DNA from: Camelus dromedarius
Lineage: Eukaryota
Direction of reading: 5' to 3'
Length of the DNA: 64,000 bases
Assembly: GCF_036321535.1 (NCBI RefSeq)
Contig: NC_087436.1
Location: 28,150,001-28,214,000 of the forward strand
The translations under genes and the position numbers were made by a program. Below are positions 50,781-64,000 of this stretch, in pieces (position 1 is the stretch's first letter; every line of letters starts with the position of its first letter). Below the pieces are notes generated by a model. The model was given only the letters and a program-made list of their open reading frames with translations. It searched no databases and had not been told where the DNA came from.

Positions 50781-53700
50781 GTTTAATAAGAGCCCAGGAA
50801 GTCCAGTTTTCACTATACCAAAAAAAAAAAAAATTAAATTTCAATCAGTAGAACATTCCATTTTGTGGTTAAAGCAAATAAAACGCTGATATTAGGCAAG
50901 ACATACCTGCTTATATTCAGGAAGTGTAAATGTTGTTGACCAAAAGAAAATTGGACATATAATAAGAACAGTATTTTGAGAAATAATTCTGAAGAACAAC
51001 TCTTAAGAGGAATGTCTTGTGAATTCAGTATTGACTACCAGGAAACTTCAGGAAATACTAAGGGAAAGATTCAAAGTTCAGCAGCACCTCAAATTAATTG
51101 TAAACACCACTTAAAATTTCATTAGTATTCTCTTAAGTACAGTCAGCTCATTCTGGTTAAGATTTTCTCAAACAAAGGAGTTACTTTGCTTTTCCCTTCA
51201 CCTTGTATGTTTTTCCAGAAACTGTCAAGTTTTCTTGCACTTTTTATAATTGCCAGCAATAATATTTGTGTATCTTACCCATTTCTAAGAAGAATGTAAA
51301 TGTTTGCATATGAAATACAGTTTATTTTCAGATAAGCTAGGTATTAGAGTCAGATGTTCTCAATAACAAACAGGACTGTCAGTATTCTCTGGTGCAAAAC
51401 CATCTCTCAGACATGCCAGTGAATGGTTGGAAGACTCTGCACAAATTGCAAGTTAGAATGTCATTCCTTTCTCTTCAGATTAAGGTATAGAAATGAAATG
51501 ATACAGAAATGAAAACCTGAGTTATATTGAAGAGAAAACCAAAAATCTACTTTACTTGTGTATATTTTAAGGCAAATTATTCACAGCTTTCATTTCCATA
51601 ACTTACAATTGCCCTGACTTAGAAGTTGGAACCCACTGAGTAAAACATTGGACAAATCTGTTTAAGAAATAAAATTGGGATAGATAACATGATTGCAGGT
51701 TATTTTGAAGGCAGATTAATTTGGAAAATATTTTGTTAAACTGTTTTTTAAGTGTTTAACATTCTCTTCTGAACAAATTTTTGGTTTTAATATACTAATA
51801 TGCTTTATAAATTACCAAGAGATATAATTTGCAGTTTCCCAAACGTATTCAACAATATATCTCCTCTACCACCACTGTCATTATTTTATCCTAGAGTATT
51901 TTGCAAACTAAATACTCTGAAATATATCTTAAGAAATGATGCAAGGTTTCCTGAAGACTTCTGATTCTAAAATATTCAGCATTGTTGATGGCTTCTATAA
52001 GAACAAGATGAAGGTTTTATAATTGTTTATTGATCAAGAAAGAAAATCCTGCCTTAAGACAAAATACGTCTATTATATTATTTGTCTTTAGAATGGCTCT
52101 GTGTGATAAACTAGTTTCATCATATACAGAGAATGGAAATAATTTAGAATTCTGAAAAGTATACTTGGTAAACCCAAAAAGGAAGTATTTACTTCAATAA
52201 TTCTAGGTTTCCAGTAAATGGATCCTTTTGAACTAATGTTTTGTTCTTCTGTTTTTCTATGGCCCTACTTTCTTCTCAAAACATACCTCTAACTTTAAAA
52301 CTTTAGTTGCATGTGGTAGAAAGGGTTACATATCTTTTCTATGAGAATTTTTCTGATTCAATATTAAGAAGTGATATGATTATTTTTCAAAGTGCACTTA
52401 TAAAAATAGGAAAACTTTTCAACTTCTGTTTTTTTATTATCTCATCTTAGAAGGTGAGAAATGGAATGCCCATATCAACCTAGGCATAGATAAATTCCAA
52501 CAAAATAATGCTTTTTATTATTTCAATTTGGAAATGAAAAGCAAACTAAATATATTAACATTGGGAGGTCAGTATGTTTTGGTAATGGGTTGTTACAATT
52601 AGAATTAATTTTATAACTGGTAGAGTTTTTTGGTTATAAAAATCTTTTGATACTTTAGAATTACTTAACATCTTTAAGCGTTGTAGACATTTTGAGTAAA
52701 AAAGTTAGTTTACACAGACATACAAGACACACGTAGATATCCACGTAGTCTGCTCCTCCGAGTAAATAAGCCAAAGAGAAGTCTGTTTGGGCTCCAGCCT
52801 AGGTAATAGCGTCTGGAGATATGAAAATGGGGACAGGGCTTTAGTGTGACAGACAGAAGGAGGGCAACACTATTAGAAGGCTGAGCTCTGGTCAGGACAT
52901 AGAGCAGTTATGAGGTGTGACATGTAAATTTTGATGGCAATAATCGATCCTACTCAGTCATGACAAAGCCAGCTCCTGAAAAATGGTGTACCAGTAGTAG
53001 AAAAAGTATACTCCAAGACATGATATTAAACTAACATTATTGACATACCATTGTTTTCCACAGATCTCAGTTCTAAGGAATACTGCAGTCAATCGTGAGT
53101 ATCTCTTGCCTTTGGATCAAGAAAACAAGAATAAAAGATGCAGGTGTGTGTTTATACTTTTACGTTTTCTTTCTACACCCAAGCGTAGGCCAGAGTTTAT
53201 CTGTTTAGAGTCTAGCATTGATTACTCAATTTGGCCCAGGTAGATGAATTAAAGAAGGGTAGATAAATGTCTTTACCTATTTCCAGTTCCTTTAGCCAAT
53301 GAATGAACCTTCTAGAATAATTTATTTATTCAGTTAAAGAATCTGTCATTTCTGCCACATAAGTTCATGCATTTTGTTTACTGTCAATATTTCATGAGTA
53401 TTTGATTGTTTGCTTGATATTTATGTTGATATGTGCCTTTGTTTGAGCAACAAATTCCATAAAACTTTTCTGGTTAGCTCTCTGGGTCTGGTATTTCAAT
53501 AGATTATATTTTATTCTATGCTCCTGGGACCTGATATTTACAAGATCTGACGCCTAGATAGAAATGATTTTTGTGGAAGAACCCTACAATCTGGGTCCTC
53601 TTTTAACACCCGTGGAAGGACTTAAATTTATAAAGACTAACTTGTTTCTTTTTAAGAAGACAGTAGCTGTAAATGGTTTTCAAAAGCAGTGAACATTTAA

Positions 53701-55569
53701 AATACACTTTTTAACTGTTTGTATTTCAAACTTAAATATGTAGAAATATGATGAATAACATATAAATATATATAATCTATAATTTACATTAATGTAGCAA
53801 AAGTGTTCACCCAGTACTTTCAAAATTGCTAATTTTATTTTGATGTTATATCATCTATTTTTATATATAATATTCAAAGTAACTATATTTTTCTGGTTTC
53901 TCATTTATATTTACTTTTATTCTTACAGTTTTCCATATTTTAAATAGAGATATAACTCAAATATAAATTCTTTTTTGTCACCTTTTTTAAGATAAAAATA
54001 GAAAAACTAATTTTAGGCTTGCTTTCAACTATTACTTCTTCAGATTTCCCCTTGCTGCTTATATTGCTTAAGATAAATCATTACATTTAATGGATTCTTA
54101 AAAGTTTTCCAGACTGAGAGTTGAATTAGTCAGAATTACACATACAGAGAAGATTCTATGGAAAGTCAATCGAATAATGATGCGCTGAGACTAATGGCTA
54201 AAACTACAGTTAATGACATTTACCCCAGGGTTTTTCATGTAACACAGAAGCAATCTACAGAAAATTGTTGCTATTCTAAATGGGAACCAACATATGGCGA
54301 GATTTGATCTGGGTTAAAAGGAAAAAAATAAATTGAAAGAGAAAAACTGAGGTAGAGGAGAGTTTAGAGCATTCAGTATTTGATTTAATCCCATATTCAG
54401 TTCCATATGTTCACTTGAGAGGATCACAGAGAGCCAAGAATACAAAATACCACTTTTTCCCTTAATCACTTAGGCATGGTTTTCAAAGCAGAAGCTATTT
54501 TCCCACCAATCTGAATCAGAATATTGGCATTTATTTCTTTGGAAATCTCCATCATCCTCTAATGACTGAATACTTAGAAAATAACTTTGTTCTAACCAGT
54601 GGAGCCATTAGAAGAATTTTATGAAACTCTTCAACCTCAAAAAATATATAGCTTCACTAAATAATTTGGACTTGTTTTAAATATTTAAAGCAAGATGAGT
54701 ATTGATGTTTACTAGAAAAAAACTTAAAGTGATTTAAGTCAATATTTTTAATGTTCAGTGTTTATAAAATAATGGTGAAACAGTTGCTAATATAGCGAGT
54801 AGGCATGAATTCCCTTTTTCTTGACCATGAAAATTTTAATTAAATATCTTTTATTATAAGAAAATCAACAAAGCAGCCCACATGCTGAGTGGGAACTTAA
54901 AAGATACAAGGAAAGATTATATATGAGGATCAAGCAGGGGATCTAATGAAACTTTAATATATTTGCCTTAGTTCATTTGTTTATTGTTTTATAGAAGAGT
55001 ATTATAAGAGTAATTCTGAGTGTGTTACTTACAGACATTTCTATTTACTAAAGAAGCATAAAGAGGAATACCCAGATTTCACAATAATATATATAATACT
55101 GCAATTTTAGGACAGAAACACTATTTTCTTTTCAAACTGGCCTGATGCTCCCATTTAAATTGCACCTCTCATTACTGAAGATTGCTCAGTTCTTCTGACC
55201 CCATCTTAGAACTATGGTACACTCCATTAGTTTAAAACTTACCAGAAAATATCAAATGAACATATGTGTTGGCAGCTGTGCTGGACACTATGGGAGGTCC
55301 AGACACAGAAAGATTTCCTGCAGTCATGGAGTTGATAAATCAAGGTAAAGAGACAAGGCTAAAAGACTGATTGAAAGAACATAAGCTAAAAATTGGAAAA
55401 TACTGGGTTGTTATAGAGTTCTCATAAGATTTTTTGGCTTTACTTTTTTTTCTTTCGTTTATAAAATCATTGGCTCAAACCATATAGTTTTAAGGTGATT
55501 TCTGACTCTAGAATAAAATAATGACATATATTTTAAAATAAATAAACCATAAAAATATTGTTATTCTAT

Positions 55570-55962
55570 TGAAGTAAGCTAGAAAGAGAAAGAAAAATAC
55601 CGTATGATATCACTTATATGTGGAATCTAAAAAAAAAAGACAAATTTACTTACAAAGTAGAAACAGACTTACAGACATAGAAAACAAACTTATGGTTACC
55701 AGCGGGGGAAGGGGGTGGGAAGAGAGAAATTGGGAGCTCGAGATTTGCAGATACTAATATATATAAAAGAAAGAAAGAACAAGTTTATACTGTATAGCTC
55801 AGGGAACTATATTCAATATCTTATAGCAACTTATGGTGAAAAAGAATATGAAAACAAATATATGTATGTCCATGTATGATTGAAGCATTATGCTGTACAC
55901 CAGAAATTGACACAATATTGTAAACTGACTATATTTCAATGAAAAATATATATACAAAAAAA
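55570..55962 (+). mobile_element. Young 5'-truncated camelid-type L1 3' end
   Basis: 'atatcacttatatgtggaatctaaaa...aaacttatggttacc...gagatttgcagatact...ggtgaaaaagaatatgaaaac...gctgtacaccagaaattgacaca', followed by an A-rich tail. Confidence 0.9.
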
Positions 55963-57448
55963 TTCCCTGAATGTACGAAAAATGTACATAGCAGTTTATC
56001 TTGAGAGACAAAAATTAACATTGAATGCCTTTTATGTGTCAGGTATAAATTACGTGTTTTCACTTATCTCATGGGCTATCGGTAAGAACCCTTCAGAGGT
56101 AGTATTTTAAAACCTTGTGAATGATTTTAAAAAATCCTTTTTTTTCCCCTGAGTTAAGTCTGAATGGATTATTTGTTAAAGAATTAGATAAAAGTTTCTT
56201 GTCATGAAGAGATCTTTAAAGAGGTTATTTTGCTGTCCCTTTTATTTTCTACCTGAGACAATGTTAAACAATATTCAAATATTACCTGCAGCCTTCTGCT
56301 TATAGTGTTTCTTTTTTGTTCTAAATGTCCCAAATGTCTAACTATGTAAGGCCCATGAGTGCTTTTCATAGCTAGACTCCATGACAGGTGCTTGGGAATA
56401 CTTAAAAGCAAGGAAGGTGATCTGACTTATTTTATTACCTTCACTGAGGGAGAAAGGACGAGCCATAGTAATAAATATTCAGCACTTTTTCACTTTGTTC
56501 AAGGCACTAAGGATCCTTATTTTCCTATCTTCCCTGTTATTTAGTAAAAATAATAAAATTGCAAGCATTCACAATTATTGCACAACATTCTCATGAGTAT
56601 TTCAGTAATGATAGCATGTTGGAAAGGAACAGAGTCTTTTTGTACACAGCTTTGGAAACAACAATTAAAATTTACTAGTTCTACCATTTTTCAAGGAACA
56701 GGATTGATTGTAACATGGCAAATATTTTAAAAAATTCTAATACATTAAGTGTTTTTTTTTAATATACCAATAAGTGATAATATTCCTACATACCAGCCAA
56801 AGCAATTAAGCTTAGTCACATCATGCTAGCATATCTGAGGTGACAAATTGGAATCAAATGGAGGCACATAAGAATCTTATGTTTCTCTTTTACTATAAAA
56901 CTGATGCCTAAGAGTAAATTTTTTTTAATGAAGAAGAAGAAGAAATAAGAAAGGAAAAGGACATATACATGGGCTTTTATAAAGTTTGTAAACAGTATAA
57001 AATATTTGCATGTAGAAGTTGGACTAACCTACTTAAATATTCTTTTGTTACATTTATATATCCTGAGAGCAAAGTTCAGATAATTTTGAAAATTCAAAAA
57101 ATCTTTCTTTTTGATTTCATAGATTGAAAAGGGGGTTAATCAGTGTTCAGAGTCTTAGCTAAGTAAAATATGTGTGATAATGCCTGTTGATTTAATTTCA
57201 GTGCTCATCTAGTCCAATTTAATTTGCCACAGAGATGTTGCCCTCGTATAGGGCAGTTCCCTGGCTGCCTCTTTAGCAGAGTAGCATCATTCAAGTGAGA
57301 GAAGTTTGCCAATATTTGATGAAAATTAGAATGAATATTTCATACACTTATAACTGAACTTTCAAAGACTAATCGCTAGAAAACATGTATACTTAAATTT
57401 GATAGTATAATTAGATTACTTTAGCTCCAGTTACAGGATATAGAAGTG

Positions 57449-57479
57449 AGTGTGTGTGTGTATGTGTGTGTATATATAT
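57449..57479. repeat. (TG)n/(TA)n microsatellite
   Basis: Directly visible. Confidence 0.85.
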
Positions 57480-59152
57480 CATTTTAACGATCACAATACT
57501 ATAAAAGAGGTAATATAAAACACTTACAGAGGAGATATTGAGGACTATCGTTGAGTTTTTGTGTATTTGTCATGTATATACGGTTAAGTTTATGCATATA
57601 ATTTATTAAAAATAGAAAATTAGGATCAGCTTAAAAAGTCTTGTAGAATTATTTCTTCAATAATTTAAACATTTCCAAGCATCGGAATTTTAAAACTGCA
57701 TCATTTTTTAATTAATAGCAACAGTTACTTCACTGTAATTTAGGATACAAGATAGTAGAATCTGAATGTTTTACTTATTGAATTCAATAATCTGCACACT
57801 TACGATATTAAATAATATTTTGGCATCAGGCAGTGAATTAAAAATTTGATATGAAAGTTGAATATTTCACTTCAATATAGATATTTTGGCTGGGAAAATG
57901 CTTTAGATAAAGAAATGAAATATACTTAGAGATATTTGGTTATAGAGGTACCGGAGCAATTTATAGGAATTGTTTATCATAATCAAAAAATGCTTTAATA
58001 AATATGTCAACTCCTCCACTTCAGCCTAACAACTTCAAGAGCATATCAGTTTCAAAGCTTAGTTGGAAGCCTTTAAAATCTAATACTAAGAAGAATGGAT
58101 AATTTAAGAAACAAATATTCCAAAGAAGATGAGAGACTTTTAAAATGCTCCCTTTATGTTCATTCTTTTCTCCCCAAGGATCGGCTCTTTGCTTACTTCA
58201 AAGTAAGATTTAGTGGTTATACTAACACAGCTAGAAACTGATTAATATTTTGTTCTGCCCCTTCATCCTTGAAATTTTATTTTTAATTTTCTAGTCTCCT
58301 TCCATTTATAACAATTGGAGAGGAGAAGGTACACATGGCTCTTTTGCAGAAAACCACTTTGATAAATGCTGTTGTAATTATTACCTGTGGCACAGGAGTA
58401 TGGCCTGGACATTCCACAAACATGTGGTCTCTATTTGGAAAAAGGCCTGCAGTTCATCTCTGGAAATATAATGTCATATTAAGGAATTAATGCATAATGA
58501 GTAAAGACCAGCATTCACCCGAGTTAAATTCAAAGTTGTTTTTTCTATGTAAAGCCAGTGTTTGACTCACTATAGAACTGAGTGAAGACCAGAATGACTG
58601 CTGTAATAAAACATATTGTTAAAGCATGTTGTAAACTATAAATTTAATCTTTCATATATTAAATTTTTCATATATTCAAATTTAACATTTCATATATTTC
58701 TATTTTCTTACTTTATGTACCCATGAAATCTCAGATTTCTCCCTTTAGAGATCTTTATGTCAGTGGCTAACATTATGTGGTTAGCCATACTCTAAATTGC
58801 TATTGACTTCATGTAGTAAGTTGTTAGTTATAGTCATATTTTTATGCACAAAGTTAGGGTATATATTTAATTCTACACAATTTTAATATCTTACTGTTAT
58901 TATATATTATTTTATCTGTTTTTCTATATATTTGTTCTACTGTACCAATTATTGGACAGTTAAATCATCACGTGTGGAAATATATTCAAAAACACATCAG
59001 TAAACAATGGTGGGGGACTTTGGTAGAAATTAATGGAATCATCAGGAACACTTGTATTAAACTGTCATTTGTCAAACTTCATGGTAGCAAAATTTTAAGA
59101 AACATTGACTGGTAGAAAAGTCAAAAGGTAGTTTCACAAAAATTACCTTGTG

Positions 59153-59202
59153 TGTGTATGTGTGTGCAGATGCATGTGTATGTGTGTGCAGATGCATGTG
59201 TA
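59153..59202. repeat. 22-bp tandem repeat tgtgtatgtgtgtgcagatgca x2.3
   Basis: Two exact copies, at 59153 and 59175. Confidence 0.9.
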
Positions 59203-59659
59203 TTCCTTTTTAAAGTATGTCCTGAAAAAACCTGTAAAACAAACTAGAATGGCTAGGGTCTTCTTAAATATGATACTGTCTTAAAGTATTGTATCCTTTA
59301 TATGTTCTAAATAAAACACTAAAAAAGCAATAGAAGCAATTAAAGAAAGCATTATAAACACATTTTTTTAAATTTGAGAAAGCCTAAGAGAGCTGATTAA
59401 CTGAATATCATAAGAGAAACAATAAAGTGACCATATTCTCAAAGGAAAATGCAACGACAGTAGGAAAAAATAGGTAAAATTTAACTTCTGTATGGAAAGC
59501 AGAGTTAGAAATGAATATCAGGAGGGAAATCCATAAAAAGATAATAGTCAACTATTCACAGGTCTTCCCAAAAGGATCTGAGAATATTACTTTGGGAAGA
59601 ACATTTTTCTTTGACTCTGTTTGGCTAATCTAATACAAGGGAAAATAACAGAGAAATAA

Positions 59660-61930
59660 ATTATTTATTATGAAAGATTGTGATAAGCACTATGAAGTAA
59701 GTGTATAGGAGAGAGATGGTATAGGAAATGCTAATGGTGGAGGAAGGGATAGTTATATATATGTTAACATAGTTTCTTTTATGTGGTGATATTTGAGCAT
59801 AGAGCTTAACAAAGTGTTCCCTCATCATATCTGGGGAAAAGTTCTAGTCAAAGGAGACAGTCAGTAGAGAGGTGCTGATTAAGCATATGCTTGACATGAC
59901 TGAGAAGTAGCAACCCCAGCAGAGTCGTTGGAACAGGATGAAAGGCATGAAATAATAAGATGTAAATTCAGAAAATGAATAGATGGAGGGCATTTTGAGA
60001 AGCAGAAAGAATCTTTTAGGGCGTTGCAGGGAAAGAAAGGCTGAACTCTGTGTAAAAGAGAAGCCATGGAACAATTACAAGCAGATTCATCTGATTTGAT
60101 TCAGTTTTTAAGAGATCATTTTGGTTGCTGAATTGACACTTTGGAATATGCTGCAGTAATTCAGGTAATATACAATGGCAGCTTGGATTAGAATGTTAGC
60201 AATAAATGTAGTAAGAAGTGATTGGACACTGGACATATTTTGAAGGTAGAATCAGCAGGATTTACTGATCATTTGCTATGACATTTGGGGGAAATTACAC
60301 GAAAAAAGAGAAGAGTGTAAGATAACTAAGCATTGGGTCCTAAGAAACTTAAAGAATAAAATAATTCTTTATCAATGGAGCAGCTGAATGGAGAAATTAA
60401 TTTAGAGTTTTTGAATGTAAGTATGAAATTTCTATTTGATATAAGGGGGAACACTTTAGCTAAGCTTTTTGATATAGATATATTTCAAAGACAAAGTCCA
60501 ACCTGGATTTACAAATTTTTCAAACACTGCCATATAAGTGATATTTAAAGTATGACACTGCTTGAGATGACATGTATACATACACACAGGCAAAATACTA
60601 GAGGCTTTTCAAACAGAGAGCACTGGATTTTTCCAAATTTAGAGGGCATTGAGTCACAGCAAAAAATACCAAGAAGGAGCAACTAATGAGCTAGGAAGAG
60701 AAACTAAGTGAAGAAAGTGTTTTAAGGAGGAGAATCTCATCATCTATGTCAAATGCACTTAATAAATCCAGGAAGATAAGGGCAAAAAGTGAACACTTAA
60801 CAAAATAGATGTCACTGGTGTCCTTGACATGAACATAAATGGTACAGAGGAACATAAGAACAAAGCCTGAATACACAGGATTCAAGCCACAAGAACAAAA
60901 AAGGAATTAGAAATATGTTTATGCAATTCTTTTTTTAAGAGTTTTGCTGTAGAAAGAAGTAAATGGAGTGGTAACTGGAGGACATGTACAGTGAGGGGTG
61001 GACTTTTTAAAAATGAGAAATATTACACAGTTATGACACCAAAGGAAGTCATCTAGTAGAGAGGAGGAAAAATGACATAGGAAATAAAAGAGGCAGTTAT
61101 TCAAGTGATGTTTTGAATAAGTAGAAGAGAGTAGATGTGGTCATGTACACAAGTAGGGGGTTTGATACTAGACTGGAACATAAATGGTCCAGCAAAATAA
61201 ATCAGTAAATGTATTTATTCACCATACTTACCAGGTGCTATTATTTGTGTCATTATTTTGTAAAACAATAAAGATACAAAAATGAATAAAATAGGATTTT
61301 AATCATGACGATTAAAGTCCCGTGATCAAGCTAAGAGTGAGAATAATCCATTTTAATAAATTTTGGTTTTAAAAAGATTCAAAATACAATGCTATCATGA
61401 AGAAGAAAATGTGTACCTTCCAAAAGAATGAGTGAATACTGATGAAAGAGGTTTCAAAAAGACTTCACAGAAAGTGGTAAGTAAGAGCCCAGGTTTCAAT
61501 GATGACTAAATTAGACTGAAAGATGGAGAATAACTATCTTAGGCACAAGATGTAGTGATTCAGAGTCGCTACAGATTTAATGGATCTGTAAATAATGTGC
61601 ATGATTTATGGTACTTGTATGGTAGGTGAGCAGGAGAAGCCACTGGTGGTTACATTCAGGATTTTTCATACTATGTTTAAAATGAATTTCGTATAGTGTT
61701 TTTTGGGCTGAAGTATATGGGAGATTAAGCATGCCTGTCACATTTCTTAGTTGGATGACTAGCTGGGTGAAAATTAAATTACTAATGTAGGGAATACCAG
61801 AACAGAATGTTAGAGTGTAGGTATAAATTCAAGTTGTACACACAGTGTTTGGGATGCCTGTGCAAACTCCTTCCTGTAGGAAAGCATATCTAAGTGGAAA
61901 TATCTAAAGGAAATCACAGATATGCATTTG
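59660..61930 (-). mobile_element. Long L2 remnants (probably two elements, break near 61200)
   Basis: 'ggtgatatttgagcatagagct', 'ggacatattttgaaggtagaatcagcaggatttactgat' and 'ctatgtcaaatgc'. A second L2 3' end starts at 'cagtaaatgtatttattcacc...ccaggtgct'. Confidence 0.75.
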
Positions 61931-63007
61931 GAACTCACCAGGCGTATACAATCAAGAGCAGGGGCTGATGTCAGTTTTACAGTGCCAGAAACTTGTATGA
62001 TTTTGGAAGTCTTTTAAAAAAATAAATTTTGAAACACAGCGTTTGGTACAGTGTCTGTAAATAGGGCATCTGTAAATGAATTCTGAAGCTTAAAGTTTAT
62101 TTATGCCCTAGTAAATCTGTTTATGATCAAGAGTTGTTGTGGGGAAAACAAAGCTATGGACTTCGATAAAATTACTTTGGTTCCAGAAAGGTGGGAGAAG
62201 GAAAGAACACAAAAATTTCAAGAGTAACTAAAATAAAGCAGGTGAAGAAAAACACTGGGAAAGCAGTTAAAGAGGAAGTAAAACAAGTAGCTTGAGTAAG
62301 GAGAAGAGTTCTGCAGGAATTAAATTATGGAAGCTCATAGTGTATTAAATATTATTGAGCTTTAATGCTATGTAAGTAATTTTCAGTTGCATTAATTTCT
62401 TAGATATAGTTTGCTTGTATGTGAATAAACTGTTGCAAAAAGATGAGATGAAAATGAGTTATTATTTTAAATAAAAATAAAAAGCTCTCTGACAGAAGAA
62501 TTTTATTCTGGGGCAAGACATTGGAAAATTTTCTAGACAGGATTCATAAAAAGTAACATACTTAAAACACATTGTCACTATATTCTAAATTCATAGCTAA
62601 AAGTTGGGGTATTTTCATAGACTTGGACGGCAACAACTTCAGCAATATTTCTTTCTCTTTTTTAACATTTGACATAGATGAAAGTAAATAGGCTTCTAAT
62701 AATAATTGTTTTCACTTGAGTGCAGTGAAAATACTAGTGCAACCTAGATGAGGCTTTTAAAATATTACATTGATAGCACTTCATTATATTTAGAATAAAA
62801 GTATCTACTGTCTTTTGAATATCTCAAAAATGATGTCAAATGTTAAAACTATATAATCATTAGAAAAGGATTTTTTTTATTCCAAAATTTTATTTCTATT
62901 CCATCTGCTAATTTACCTATCATCAATTGATAACCAAAATATTTTAGCACATAGGATGTAAAACAGGATAAAAATTGTTCTTATCTCTTCCAAGTTTGTG
63001 GAGGTGG

Positions 63008-63011
<4 letters not shown>

Positions 63012-63043
<32 letters not shown>

Positions 63044-63058
63044 ACGCGCATGCATATG
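63012..63058. repeat. (GT)15 microsatellite with an alternating purine-pyrimidine extension
   Basis: (gt)15 g followed by cacgcgcatgcatatg. Confidence 0.95.
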
Positions 63059-64000
63059 AATGTGTGTGTGATTCTGCAAAAGATAAAAGATTTTCTTGAA
63101 AATACTGGGGCAGCTGCACTCTTTTCAGCCTGCTTCCTTTTTCATGAATACAAAAGTAGCATTTAACTTATCATTGTACTCAAGGGCTTATTTTATAAGC
63201 AATAGAGAAGCAGCTGGGAAAATGATTTTGTTACTTTTAGCATGGCTAGGTAATTAAAATTTTCTGGATTAGAGATATTTGAGTGTTTTCTATGTTGCTG
63301 ATGATAGTTCTTACTAATGATATTAGTGCAGTAATTTTCCAATTTCAAATGTTAAGTATTTTTGTGTGGTTAAGTGATTTTGTTGAGTCCTATAGGTAAA
63401 TTAAGTATGAAATTGAAGCCATGAACATTTGCAGGAAATTTTGTTCTTGTATTTCCAGCTGCTCAGTATTTCTATAGTATTTCCCCCCAACTACTGCTTT
63501 TTTGGGGGGTGAGGCAAAAGTTGTTCATGGGAAAGTGTAAGGAGCACCAAGTGGTACCATTTTTCTATCACCATAGAAACAGGAAAGGGACATTATACCA
63601 AAAAGAATAAAAGTAGCAAGATAATAGGTGAGAAACATAGCTGGATCACAGAAACTGAGTTTATGGCTGAAAAGAACACTGAGAAGTAATATATCTCACT
63701 TCTTCTTGGTCAGGAAATACTCCATTTAAGTCTCCCATAAAAACAAACAAAAAAACAGTACTTCATCTTCTGATGATTTCCAGAAATGAAAATTCCACGT
63801 TGCTCCCCACAGTCATTTACTGAAATGTATAATTACTATATTTGTGAAGATTATTAAAATCTATTATTGTAAAAGTTAACTTGAATTCGTGGTAGCTTTC
63901 CTCAATATATCCTTGAAGTATCAGTTGTCCTGATAATCTCCATTTTTCTTGACAAAGTAAGATTTGTTTCTTTGCATTTATACATAGGAGTTAAGTTTCT

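Noticed and set aside
50493..50813. ORFs with HTHTHT/CVCVCV runs (also at 62913-63166)
   Set aside because: Translations of microsatellites.
1..64000. Prokaryotic or viral systems (CRISPR, operons, intact provirus) and snRNA/snoRNA/rRNA genes
   Set aside because: No repeat-spacer arrays, no long ORFs, no gag/pol/env or paired identical LTRs, and no recognisable structural RNA sequence.

Overview
This is AT-rich, CpG-depleted eutherian genomic DNA. It is most likely camelid (camel, alpaca or llama), judged from two tRNA-derived Vic-1-type SINEs and a camelid-type L1 3' end; that assignment is recalled from repeat consensus sequences, not searched. I found no protein-coding gene I can recognise: the supplied ORFs are repeat-derived, low-complexity or chance ORFs. 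The one clear functional landmark is a small CpG-island promoter at about 6930-7270. It carries NRF1 and ZNF143/Staf motifs, four GC boxes spaced 10 bp apart, and a + strand splice donor at 7267, so the remaining ~57 kb is probably intronic to a + strand transcript (lncRNA or non-coding first exon). Three different ERV solo LTRs lie within 3.1 kb upstream of the island. One is MER41-like with a GAS/STAT site, and another abuts the island and offers a near-consensus splice donor to a divergent (- strand) transcript. The rest is L1, L2, MIR, MaLR, DNA-transposon relics and simple repeats, plus TE-poor stretches that may hold enhancers or small exons. Repeat family names are from memory and boundaries are approximate. 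I cannot claim a new biological system; the LTR-stacked bidirectional promoter is the best lead.
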